In this document: piece by piece, positions 52,205 through 64,000 of the stretch
Layout of the letters: the number at the start of each line of letters is the position of its first letter
Numbering within the stretch: the stretch's first letter is position 1
Assembly (NCBI RefSeq): GCF_009914755.1
Contig: NC_060936.1
Strand: one strand, 5' to 3'
Origin: the human T2T-CHM13v2.0 reference genome, Homo sapiens
DNA: 64,000 nucleotides
Program-made: the position numbers and the translations under genes
Notes under the pieces: generated by a model
Seen by the model: only the letters and a program-made list of their open reading frames with translations
Told to the model about the DNA's origin: nothing
Databases searched by the model: none

Positions 52205-54957
52205 AGCCTTTCCAACCCTTGAAATAATCTTAAGGTCTCAAGGAACCTAAATATTTTATCTACAGCTCCTGGTATATTAGCATAACCAGTAACTTGTAGA
52301 TATCATAGTCCAATAATAATTTGTCAATGCTCTTTTGAGCAGAGAATATCATCTGTCACTCTATTTTGCTTACCAAATAGCCTAATCTTTTTCTGTGGTT
52401 TCCCGCTCCCTATAAAGAATATCAACCCTAATGCAGGCCAAGTATGCAGGTAGAATAAACTTTCATCCCCCACATTCCTTTTTTTAACCTTCCTATTTAA
52501 TTTTTAAGAAAACTTCTTTAACTAGGACTAAAGTCTTAAATATCTACTGTACAAGAGGTGAATGTTATGTAATACATAGCCTGTGCAAGAGTAGGTTTTT
52601 ACCCCTTATTTAAAACCTTTTTTAAGCCAAACTTTACAGAGCAAAATAAGCAACTACACTTAACTTACATGTTTTGAAATTACTCATTCTTTCCTTTCTA
52701 TTCATCTTTAAAATTCATAAAGAGAATGCAATACATTTCTGTTAAATAATTGGCTTAAGAAAAAATGGAATTTAATTTCTCTAAAGGTAGCTTGATATAT
52801 TTTAAATAAAGGTTATACATTATATTGTGACATGTGTATTTACAACCTGAAAATGTATTGACACTTTGTTGAATAGTAAAGCTATTGAAATCACAAACTA
52901 AAGCAACGTGAATAAAAATATGGCCTAGGACAATTTATATAATTCTTAAAAAAATTTTTTCTTATTAACATAATTAGGCTAAACTTTAGGCAGGCTGTCT
53001 CAAAATAATTACAGACATGCGTTAGTTTCCTGCTTTCATATAGGCTTGTGTGTGTATTAACAATGTTATTCTGACATAAAAACTAACATTTACCTTTTTA
53101 ATGTGAGATTTGTGCTTTTTTTTTTTCAGCACAATTACTCAACTCTTGGTTAAACTTGAAATAAGTACATAGAGATCTTATTTCCATCTTAAGTGAGAGA
53201 AGTTCTGTCCTTGCTCTTGGTGCATGTTAAACAAGGAAAAGCTTAATCACACATGTAGGAAGCTGAAAACTGCAGCAAAAATGCCCTTGCTTTTCTTTTA
53301 AGAGTATCTTTGGAAGGCAAGAGACTCTTCTTCACAGAACCCAGAACTTGAGGAGGGGCAGATCAATAAACCTCATCTTCAGCGTACAATCTGACTGTGC
53401 CTCACCAAATTCTTCCTCTTCTCTCACAGTCGAGAGTTCTCAGGCTGAGCAGAAGTTGGAGAAAGAGGATCCCTCACTCCATCATACACGTGTGTCAAAA
53501 GGGAGGGAAAATACTCTTCACTTTGGTACTGCAGATCTTCTAGGTGGTTTATAATAAGACGAGGCTTGTAGATATCCTTCCTCTAGCAGCAATAAAAATA
53601 TGTCAAGATTTCCTTTTGCAACATCATTTTTTCCAAGAATCTTGTCACTTGAAGTCAAAACATTCTTTCTAATCCTTTGCACGGACTTGTTTCCCTGATG
53701 CACGTGATGAAAAATGTCTTCTAGGTAGGCTAATCTGTGCAGTCATTCTTCACCTTCAAAAGTCTCAGCAATTCTTGCTATTTTCTTGAAAGTACCCCTT
53801 CAGTTCACCTGTCAGCTTTACTACCTGTTGATAACCTTCCCTCTTCTAAGCCACTAAATTTCTTTATGTAGCAGGAGACTGTACGTGATTTTTGTTCAGG
53901 CTTCCATAATGTTTTAAACATTCTTGAGTAAATTGGTCTTTGCTTTTTAAGCTAACCATTTTTGTACCATTATCTGGATTCATATCATCTCCAAGAGTTT
54001 TTGCCTTTAGCATCTCTCTGTAAAAAGGAGTGTGTTGTGATAGTGGCAGGGTTTTTTTTTTTTTCCTTACAAGAGAGGTTAAACTTTTCATGGAGCCAAT
54101 CACCAAAGAGCCACCAGCAATACACAGTTCCTCAAAGACAGACTTTGTGTCTCTAGATATAAAGATAAGACACTCACTATAGATGGCTTTTACTTGTTTG
54201 GGGCAAATTTTTTTTGGTAACAGAAAAGGTTTCTTTAATAACACCATCATTTACAAATCGTACAAATACCACGATTTGTACAAATACCAAATAAATCATG
54301 GCATTTATTGATGAAATCCATTGATTCATCAGACAAAATAGAGAAGCGATTGTTTTTCAGCTGATTACACAAACCTCGTCATCATCACCTGCCACATCAT
54401 CAATATGTTGACTAATCAAATGGCTTCAAAGTGGAAACTTTTCAATTTCTCCTCCTACATTTTGTTCTATCATTTTATTCATTTTAATTTTACTAGCATT
54501 ATTAGGTTTTCACTCACTGTGTGAATTATTTTGGGGGGGAGCAATAAGTTATCCTGCTAAGTAACTTGCTTCCTTAACCTGAATGTGATGTTTTAGCTAA
54601 GGGTTTACCCTGTTTGCTTTCATATTCCAGTAGCCATTTAAAATCCTCAGCCCTGTCCTTGTCTAATGGCTGTCATTTGTAGTTCAAAGTCACATTTCGC
54701 TGAAGCTATTGCTGCAGTTGTGAGTTGTTTACCACAGGCACTGCAGAGTGGGATAGGCCAGCCTGGATTCCCCAGCCATGTAAACCCATTGATGAGTAGC
54801 TTTCATTGAAAAGAAGAGATTTTATTGTGTGCCACTTGTGGCAGTGATACAGAGAAATGACTCCAAAGATTGTAATTCTTTGCTACCAACCTTAACAGAA
54901 TTGTCCATACACATAGGACTAGAAAAGTTCACATGGAAAAACAGTTGGGGAAATAGT
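52205..54957 (-). mobile_element. Charlie/Buster-type hAT DNA transposon fossil, near full length
   Basis: contains the transposase pseudo-ORF listed next; outer boundaries tentative (degenerate TIR-like ends). Confidence 0.65.
53098..54835 (-). pseudogene. disrupted hAT transposase (BED finger, catalytic core, hATC dimerisation region), related to ZBED5/ZBED8/SCAND3-type proteins
   Basis: minus-strand remnants IPLCSACGKQLT (BED), FSILSDESMD, LLLHKEI*WLRRGKVINR, NVLTSSDKILG, LQFSASYMCD*AF, KAQISH*; multiple stops and frameshifts. Confidence 0.88.
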
Positions 54958-54964
54958 AAAGAAG

Positions 54965-55180
54965 GAATACTTCAAGGGAAACTAACCCTATCAGACATTG
55001 AAATATAAGTAAAACAATGTAGTACTAACACGTGAATTGCCAAATAGACCAACTGAATAGAACTGAAAACCAAAAATTAGACCCAAGTACCAATGGAAAA
55101 TGAGTATATGATAAATGTAGCCTCTCGAATTGCTGGTGCAAAAATAGGCTTTTTAGTAAATAGTGCTGAACAACTAAGTC
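54965..55180 (+). mobile_element. old L1M ORF2 fragment
   Basis: caaatagaccaactgaatagaactgaaaacc...tagtaaatagtgctgaacaact. Confidence 0.6.
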
Positions 55181-56185
55181 AACAAGAAGTTGGACTTACA
55201 GAAGCAAGAGACCTTTGGAAGAAGACCTCCATGGAGCTAGGAAAAGAGATTGCCACTTGGCTGGTGCTGATACCTCTGAAACACTGGTGCCAAAGGAAGT
55301 TGGAGGCCGAAACCAACTGCTAGTGTGATTCTGGTAGGAACAGCAAGAAAGAGAAAGAAGTCCTTTTCCCCTTCCTTCTACTTTCCATCTCCTTTCACGA
55401 AGCCAGCTGAGAAGAAAGAAAACGTAGTTTGCAGAGTCCCAGCACAGCATCACAGAGCAGAGTATAAGAAGGTGGGTTTGGAGCTGAGCTTAATAGCTGG
55501 CATAAGTGTAAAACATTGAGTATTTCCTTAGTTAGCGTGCATTCTCCCATAACTATGCTGAGAAAGGAGTCAGAGCAAATGAAGACTTAGGCTTAGACAA
55601 GAGCACTAAATCTTCATCTTCCTTAATAGGAAGTCCAGATAATACCCAAAAGAGATCAGTCAAGAACAGCAGTATAAACATAATACTTAGAAAAACAAGG
55701 TGAAACAGCTAAAAATTTAAAAAAGTTTAGGGAAAGAGGCTCGAGCAGAGGAGAGTGGAGAAAAGGTTTGCTTTGATTCATTAAGAGATTTGTAACATTA
55801 CTTAGCTTTTTAAATTATGAATATATGTTTGACTTACATTTCTGAAAGTTAAAATTTAAATAAGAACATTTTGGTGAAGAGAAAAAGACTGTAACTCTAG
55901 GGTGGCATTTGTTGCTTGGAAAAATAAATTCAATATTATAAGGTAACTTTACCATTGGAAAATGAAAGAAGAAACTACCATTTTGATAATACAAACTCCC
56001 AAAAGTAAAAATGGAAAATTATTTTAGTTATTGAATTATATGAGAGATGGAAAAGTAATTAGAATTTAAATTGTGGGCTCCATGAGGGCAGGCTGAGTGT
56101 TCAAGCCATCCATTATACCCATATTTTATGAACTACTCAATGAAAAAAAGATTGAACAGAAGAGTTCACAACAGACATGGCAGCC

Positions 56186-56550
56186 TGTATTAGTTCCTTC
56201 TCACGCTGCTAATAAAGAAATACCTAAGACCGGGTAATTTATAAAGAAAAAGAGGTTTAATGGACTCACAGTTCCACATAGCTGGGGAGGACTCAAAATC
56301 ATGCTGGAAGGCAAAGGAGGAGCAAAAGCACATCTTACATGGTGGCAGGCAAGAGAGCATGTGCAGGGCAACTGCCCTTTATAAAACCATCAGATCTCCT
56401 GAGATTTATTCACTATCACGAGAACAGCATGGGAAAAACTCACCCCCACGATTCAGCTACTTCCCATTGGGTCCATCCTATGACATGTGGGGATTATGGG
56501 AGCTACAGTTCAAGATGAGATTTGAATGGGGACACAGCCAAACCATATCA
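56186..56550 (-). mobile_element. THE1B solo LTR
   Basis: tgtattagt..ttctcacgctgctaataaag...ggggacacagccaaaccatatca. Confidence 0.93.
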
Positions 56551-58057
56551 CAGATGGCACAGCTGCACAAATCTCAAAGAATCCTGAGGGCTTACTACAT
56601 ACGAATAACATCCATCCTGTGCTCAAGTTGCTAGTTTCAGACAGGTGACCAGATAATTATAGTGTCATGTGGTTAGGACTATTTCAATAATGAGAAGTAA
56701 AAAACATATGGATATTAGAAGGTGGACACTATCACTCTGCCCGACAGTAGCTGAAGTTGACCTCGAGGGTTGAGGGGCCATGGTTGTTCTGAGTCTTGAA
56801 GGATAAGTAAGAGTTTACCAGGTAAAGAACACAGTGGGAAGAGAGTGGAAGAGGACACAGAGAGGTGACAGGCCTTGATGTGTCCACAGGAGAGCCAAAC
56901 ATCCCGTGGGGATGGAACAGATGGTGTTGGGAGGTATGTGGTGGGTGGTGAGACAAGGGAGAGAGGAGGACTTCCAGGCTGTGCTCACTGGAGCTTAACC
57001 TTTAGACACTGGGGAGCAATCAGAAGGAAAGAGTCCCTTAGACTTGATTTTTAAGGAAGGTCATTCTGGTAGCACTGTGGAGGAGGAATCCAAATAGCAA
57101 AAGAGAATAAACACAAGACTCCAGGTAAAACAACAAGAATACCAACAACAGTAAGAGAAGCTAATGTGTGTTCAATAACTTACGACGTGCTCTGCTCTAT
57201 GATAAGGCTTGGCCTACATTGTCTCATTTCATCCTGAATATTACTCTGTGAAGTGGGAATTTTTTATCCCAATGGCACAGACAGGGATGCTGAGAAATGA
57301 GAGACTGGGCTTTTATGTAAGAAGAAAAGTATTCCTTAACCAGGAAGCTTCCGATATGTTTTCTGCCTGGGCAGGAACCATCAGCACGTGGAGCTGGCCT
57401 GATGCCACCAGGTGTGATCACCTGGCAGAACAGGAAGCGTTTGGTCAGGAATGAGGGCAGTTCCTGACAAGTGCAGAATGACATTTGAGAAAGAAGTAGG
57501 GTTAATGCCTAAATATGGTTATTAAAGGCAAGTTCAGGAACATGATGTCAAAAGACATCCTACCAGTCTCCTGACATCCAGGCCTCCCAAAGTCCAGTCC
57601 ACTCTAGCTCTGGGTGACTTCCTGTCTCCACAAAGAGTTCCCAATCATGCCTCGCTGACAGTAAGTTACCATTTATTACTCAGGGCTGATACATAGCATA
57701 CAACATGTTCCGTAAATGTTATTTTCTTTTGCCTACTCTTCACTGGAATTTCCCCCACATAACCATGCTCTTATTTAATAAACCCACCATTTCTTTCCAA
57801 ACAAGTGCCTCCTTCCAATTTCAATAATGTCTTCGTCCATCCACACATTGGCTAAGTGAGAAGTCTCGGTGTCATTGTTAACTCTTCCTCTTCTCCTTCT
57901 CCACACATAGTCACTAAGTTCTATCATGACCCTAATTCCCAAGGCTTTTCCTATCATTCTCTCCTCTCATCTAACCACCTCTCAATTATCCAAAAAGCCT
58001 CTTTATGGTCATCCAACCACTAGTTTTGTGCATGTTGAGATAGCCCCTCATAGCCTC

Positions 58058-58502
58058 TATTAGGGGTTGAATTGTGTCTCCCAAAAGATGTTGAAGTCCT
58101 AACCCCTAGTACCTTTGAATGTGACCTTATTTAGAAATCAGATTTTTGCAGGCGATCAAGTTAAGATGAGGTCATTAGGGTGGATCCTAATCCAGTATGA
58201 CTGAATCTTTATGCAAAGGGGCTGTTTGGACATAGATAGACATGAACAAAGGAAGGAACTGTGTGAATATGAAGGCTAAGATTGGGTGATTTGCCTACAA
58301 GCCAAAGAAAGCCAAAGATTACCATAAAAGTACCAAAAGTTACAGGAGAGGCATGGAATAGATTCACAGCCCTCAGAAGAAACCAACTCTGACAACACCT
58401 CGATCTCAGACTTCTGGCCTCCGGGACTCTGAGGCCGGGACTCCGTTGTTTAAGCCATCAGTTCATGGTGCTTTGTTACAGTAGCCCTAGCACACAAACA
58501 CA
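58058..58502 (+). mobile_element. MLT1C-like LTR inserted in an L2
   Basis: gggttgaattgtgtctcccaaaag...gaatgtgaccttatt...tttgttacagtagccctag; TSD gcctc/gcttc. Confidence 0.88.
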
Positions 58503-58846
58503 GCTTCCAAGGTTTTCTTTTTTCTTTTTTTTTTTGTTTTTTCTAAAATGCACATCTGATCACTCCAAACTCTGCTTAAAAATACCTCCACAATAATGAA
58601 AAGAATAGGCTCTATTTATTGAGTACCTCCTGAGGACCAGGTGATCCAACTCTATTATACTTAATCCCTATGATATCCCTTAAAAGAATACATTACTATT
58701 CCCGATTTTGCAGCTGAAGAATATGGTCTTTGAAAAGGCTAAGTCACTGGCCCAAGCTCACATAAGTGGTAAGCAGAAAAACTGAATTTTGACTCTCAGG
58801 CTCTTTGATTTTTAAAGTTAAACTAATAATGTGTGTTCTAGTATAA

Positions 58847-59068
58847 TAGGATTTCAAAAACTTCTTTTGTAAATAAGATAATAAATATTGTAGGTTTTGC
58901 AGGGCATACAGTCTCTGTCATGACTATTCAACTCTGCCATGATAGTACAAAAGCAGCCACAGACAATATGTAAAAGAATAGGCATGAATGTGTTCAAATA
59001 AATATTTATTTACAAATACAGATTGCGAGTCAGATCTGGCCCTTTGATTGCAGTTTACCAACCCCCCT
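58847..59068. mobile_element. MER58A
   Basis: gtctctgtcatgactattcaactctgcca...gcagccacagacaatatgtaaa...gtttaccaacccc. Confidence 0.8.
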
Positions 59069-59661
59069 TTATAACATTATATTTAGGATATAATCTATGT
59101 TCCCTGATATAATAATCGCTCATATGCTCACTTCATGCTGGGATCTTTTCATGTGTTAATTTATTTAAATTGTCACTCCCATTATCTGTATTTTCGAGGT
59201 CGCCAACTTGCCAAGATCACAGGAATCATGACAGAGCCAGGATTCAAGCCCCAAAGCCTATGATCTCAGCCATTGTCCGCAAGGACCTTCACGCCTTTGC
59301 CAACCATATACTCCACTGTGTTCCTTCATGCCCTACCTCGTCTCCTCCCCCAGCACCCTGCACTTGCACAGCTGAGAGGGGAAATGAAGGAAGGAGACTA
59401 GGCTAGCCCCACCTGCCTGCCCTGTAACACGCACAAGGCCAAGGCCAAAGCCCTGGGTTTCCCAGAGAACCTGCCGCCAGTGGGAATGAGAAGTGTGAGA
59501 AATGGAGCATGGGGAGGGGAGTACCTACCTCCCTCATGTGGTTGTTGTGCAAATCTAGGGAGCTTAAACCCAGTAACAAGTGAAAAGTACAAACAATGCT
59601 TGGCAAATTGCCAAGGCTTGCTTTAAAGACACTTAATATTCAACAGAATCTGAGCTGGTGC

Positions 59662-60124
59662 TGTACTACTTGCAACAACTATGCTCTCCTTTTTCTTTAC
59701 CAAAAGAACCCCGATGTTGTTAATTGCAGCTAGAGGTGACCTTGTGATATAATTCTGGCCAGCGATACATAAGCAGGAGTATGTTGGGGATATCTCGGAC
59801 TGTTTCTTTCTTCTGACATAAATAAGCATGTCTTCTTTCCTGGTTCCTTTCTTCTTTCTTCCTGGAGTGTGGCCAAAGAACTGGAAGTGGAACAGCCCGT
59901 CTGATAGCCACAGGTGACCATGAGGATGAAAGCTCTTCATCAAAGCTGGAGCAGCAAAGGGATAAAGGTGGCTGGGGCTCAGATGGAATCATGGAGGCAC
60001 TACACCCGGCTTCAAACTCTCTGACTCCAAACTTCTGAACATGGTTGAAAAATAACCCTCTCTTTGGTAAAACCACTGTAGTTGGGTTTCTGATAAGTGT
60101 GGACTTACGCAATCCTAACTGAAA
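59662..60124 (+). mobile_element. MLT1K-like LTR
   Basis: ttgcagctagaggtgacc..ttctggcca...gaccatgaggatgaaagc...ttgggtttctg..atcctaactga. Confidence 0.75.
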
Positions 60125-60289
60125 GTCCTGGTCAGCAAACAGGACACATCCTCAGCAATCTCTAGAATGTAATAGGTGCTCGGTAAATGCATGATGAATA
60201 AATCAAAGAGTAAATGAATGGATTAGCAACAGAATATACAAGTACTAGATCATACAGAGAAGTTGCCCTTAGGAAAATGTAATACTTAC

Positions 60290-60510
60290 AGCTACATTTA
60301 CGTGCTCAGCACCTACCATATGCCCTACATTCTCTCAGTAACCGTCACAACTCTTGGAGGTTACTGTTGTCATTTTTATTTCACAGCTCAGGAACTGAGA
60401 GGCTCCAGGAGGCTGAGCTAACTTGCCCAGGAACTCATAGCTGGGATGTGGTGGGGCTAGGGTTTGAATCCCAATCTAGGTAACTTTGAAGCCTGTGCTC
60501 CCTCTCTTAG
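60290..60510 (-). mobile_element. MIR
   Basis: tttcacagctcaggaactgagaggctc...aacttgcccagg...ggtttgaatccca. Confidence 0.75.
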
Positions 60511-61627
60511 GCCAAGCTGCTGCCATAATTAACTGCTCACTGGGCACTTGAGCCAATGCTAGTAGATAGTTAGAGAAATTTGGGCTGGAACTCCAGCCCC
60601 ACAACCCCCAAGCTATATGAGCACGGACAATTCTTTCCTGCCTCTCAGTTTCCTCATTTGTAAGAAAGATAAAAATGGCACCTTCTTCTTCCTAGGCTTG
60701 CTATATTAAATGTGACATGTTTACATCAAATGTTTAGCAGAGTACTAGTAAAGGCTCAAGAAATATTGCCTGTCAGCACTATTTTTATCATCATCTTGAA
60801 AAACCCCTGCAAGAATCTATGAAAAGAAAGAGGGCTGGCCCTAAACAAAAGGATCCGGAGGAGGCGCTGGGGTGAGCTGGGGCCTTGCAGCTGTCGAAGC
60901 CTGTGTGTTTTTTAACTTTGGGGACTTTGCGCTAACTTCTCCACTGGCATCCCCTTCAGAGCACAGATCATCATAGGTCTCAGAAATGCCTGTTAGATTT
61001 CTCTTCCTTACTTGAAGTTCCAACAATTCGCTGAATTCATTGTCATTCCATGCTGAGGGAGTGTCCCTTGGAGCCTGGAGGCTCACCCCGTAATCCCACG
61101 CAGGTGTCAGACAATGTCTGATGGGCAGAGAACATTGTGCTCCTGTCTGGCTCCCTGCCGGTCCCACCTTAGCACCGGGAGCAGCCTGGGAGTTGGACGT
61201 GTCTGAGGCGAGATGTGGGGCCTGATTTGAGTCTGAGATGCTAATCTGCCCAACTGAAGGTTTCACATCTGTCTTGGCATACACAGACACACGAAATCTA
61301 AAGAGTCAGTTACAGCTCTGAGTAGGCGGGGTGGGGTCCCCGGGCATTGAATACAGGTAGGGCTAGATGCCTACTCTGACAAAGCAGGCATGGCAAATCC
61401 CACAGGGCTCTGGACCACTCAAGAGATTGAGTGTGGGAAAGAATGGGGCAGGAAATTGTTATATAATGCTGGGTCTTTGGAATCAGGCTCTGTTTGAATG
61501 CCAGATCTTATGCTTATTATACTTCAGTGGCTTGAAGTATATTACTCAACCTCTCTTAGAAGTGATTTTCTCATGCCAAAGTGGGAAAAATAATAGTACC
61601 TACAGTTGTTATGAGTATTAAAGGAGA

Positions 61628-61826
61628 TTTTTAAAAATTTTTTTACTTTATGTTCTGAGATACATGTGGAGAACATGCAGGTTTGTTACAAAGGTAAACA
61701 TGTGTCATGGTGGTTTGCTGCACATATCAACCCATCATCTAGGTTTAAGCCCCGCATGCCTTAGGTATTTGTCCTGATGCTCTCCCTCCCCTTGCCCCCC
61801 ACCCCCTGAAAGGCCCCGGTGTGTGA
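61628..61826 (-). mobile_element. L1PA8-like 3' end fragment inserted in a MIR
   Basis: ttctgagatacatgtg...catctaggtttaagccccgcatgc..taggtatttgtcct; MIR continues on both sides. Confidence 0.88.
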
Positions 61827-62065
61827 AGAGATAATTTAATAAAGTTTTCAGCATAGTGTTGGGAAAATTGTTAGTGCTCAATACATACGATAATCATATT
61901 AGCATCTAATATATGTACGCTGAAAGCTACAAAAGCTCTGAACAATCAGTGAGAAACTGTTGTGTGCTCTGGGAGGGATACTGGACTGTATTTTATATTT
62001 TTATTGCTGCTTACATATTCCCTAATGGTGTTAGGACTGAGCAGAAATGGTGTTGTAATTCTTAA

Positions 62066-62370
<305 letters not shown>

Positions 62371-62639
62371 CTCTAATTCTTAAAGTACAAGTTTTGTCAG
62401 TGCCTGCTGTCTACTCAACACTGTTTGTTGTTCTGAATAAATAAAATTATGTGACATAATCCCTGCTTTCAAAGGGTGTTCAATGTAAAGGTAGAAACAA
62501 CACAAGCAAAGATAAAAATTATATAAAAATGTAAAGAGCCTAAGATAAGTTCTATCACCAAACACTAATCTGGGCGGCATTGACCATAGTCCCTGAGATA
62601 ATTCCAAAAATACAGAGTTCCAGGAGGAGTGGAAGGAAT

Positions 62640-62945
62640 GCCTCTGCTCTGGCTAGCTCCCAGGTGTCCAGCAGGTAGCCTTTTGTACAGTGATTCAGAG
62701 GCCCAAGCTTTTCCCATCTGTTACTCCACAATTCACCTAGGGCCGCAGAGACTTCTGGATCTCTCCTGGAGGACCACACAGGGGCCTTTCATGGGCCGGC
62801 CCGGAAGTGGAACCCTTCTTTCCACTAGCACTCAATATCCAGTCACACAGCCAGTCCTAACTGCAGGGGAGGCTGAGGAATGCAGTCTAGCCAGGTATCC
62901 AGGAAGACCATGGACATCCATGAGCTCTCACAGTCTGTGCCATCC
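62640..62945 (-). mobile_element. MLT1J-like LTR fragment
   Basis: cagtgattcagaggccc...catgggccggcccggaagtgg...cctaactgcagggg..gctgaggaatgcagtctag. Confidence 0.65.
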
Positions 62946-64000
62946 AAGGGAAGACTCAAACCACTCGTCCAAGAACAAAAGGGATTGAGACAGTTAGCTC
63001 TAAAGGCTGACCCCATATGGAGAGCTATAGGGTCCAACATCGACAGAGATACAACAGCCTTGGTCATAATTTTAGAAGTAGGTACCTGAATGGCCAGTTG
63101 TACAGATGGAAAATAGCAGTCTGAAGCAGAGAACTCCAGGCTGTGACTAAGTCATTAAGAGCACCGTAACCGGAGGCTCTTCCTTCCGCCCCACTCCAAC
63201 CCCCCTGAAAAAAACAAACTGATCCTATGCAGCAAGATCTTTGCCAGTGAGTCACGGAGCGGAGGCACCAGGCTGGAGCTTGAAGGATGCTGCCAAGATG
63301 CTTTGACCGTAAAAATGTTTACAACATGGCTGGATTCAGCCCAGACAGGAAAGGGATAAAAAGAGAAAACAAAAGAAGTGTCACCCTGTGGCTGCAGCTG
63401 CACACAGACAGATCGCCCCTGGGAAATTGCTGGTCCTGAGCAAACAGCCTTGAGAAGCAGGCAAGGGAGGGAGGTTAAGAGGACTGGACCACAGACACCT
63501 TGAACTCAGAAGATCCAAAACCACCCAGTATTCCATTTCCTGGTAAACTGCACCCCCATCTAGTAAGCTACCTGACTTAGAAAGGTGGGTGTCATCACTG
63601 ATTCTCCACTCAGTCACCAAGCCCCGTGGATCTGAATTAACTCTCACATCCCTTCCAATCTACCCACCCCTATATCCCTGCCTTAGCTCAGGGTCCCCCA
63701 CTTCCTCACATGGGCTAACAGATCTACAACTTGACTCCAGTTTTCCCTCCTTCCATAATTCATTTAGTCCTCTAACAGATATTTACTGAGCATTCGGACA
63801 CTAGGATGGTCACAGATACTAGGATATCTGCCTTCCCAATGTCCTTTATCACCTTCTTCCTTACCAACTGAATCCCAGTTTGGTCAGGAAAGTAACATGC
63901 ACCATCAAAAAAATATCACCTTCACAGACTTCTTTGCAAGTAGAGGCTATCTAAGCAGATATCTCTAGAAATGGCATCTTTCCTTGAATGTAAAAAAAAA

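Noticed and set aside
53864-54250. 128-aa ORF as a possible host-gene exon or processed pseudogene
   Set aside because: Partly in-frame piece of the dead hAT transposase; no poly(A)/TSD signature of a retrocopy

Overview
Primate, almost certainly human, genomic DNA (Alu, THE1, LTR10 and an SVA_F-like element are present). It is intronic or intergenic and dominated by interspersed repeats: L1 of many ages, L2, MIR, Alu/FLAM, MaLR, ERV1 and ERVL LTRs, a decayed ERVL provirus, Tigger3b, several hAT elements and a near full-length Charlie/Buster transposase fossil. I cannot support any intact protein-coding gene, RNA gene or CRISPR array; the ORF track is essentially repeat-derived or chance. I cannot establish a new biological system here. 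The most interesting signals are locus-specific templated rearrangements: an exact 41-bp copy of an L1 deletion junction 6.3 kb away, a ~160-bp duplication carrying a 57-nt exon-like cassette with splice sites in both copies, a 52-bp-arm hairpin inside an L2, and a fold-back micro-insertion. Also notable are a TSD-less truncated SVA, an AP-1-bearing LTR10, and several candidate minus-strand exons including an ATG-terminated exon followed by a 42-nt hydrophobic mini-exon. Subfamily names come from recalled consensus features, not from a database search, and boundaries of old repeats are approximate.
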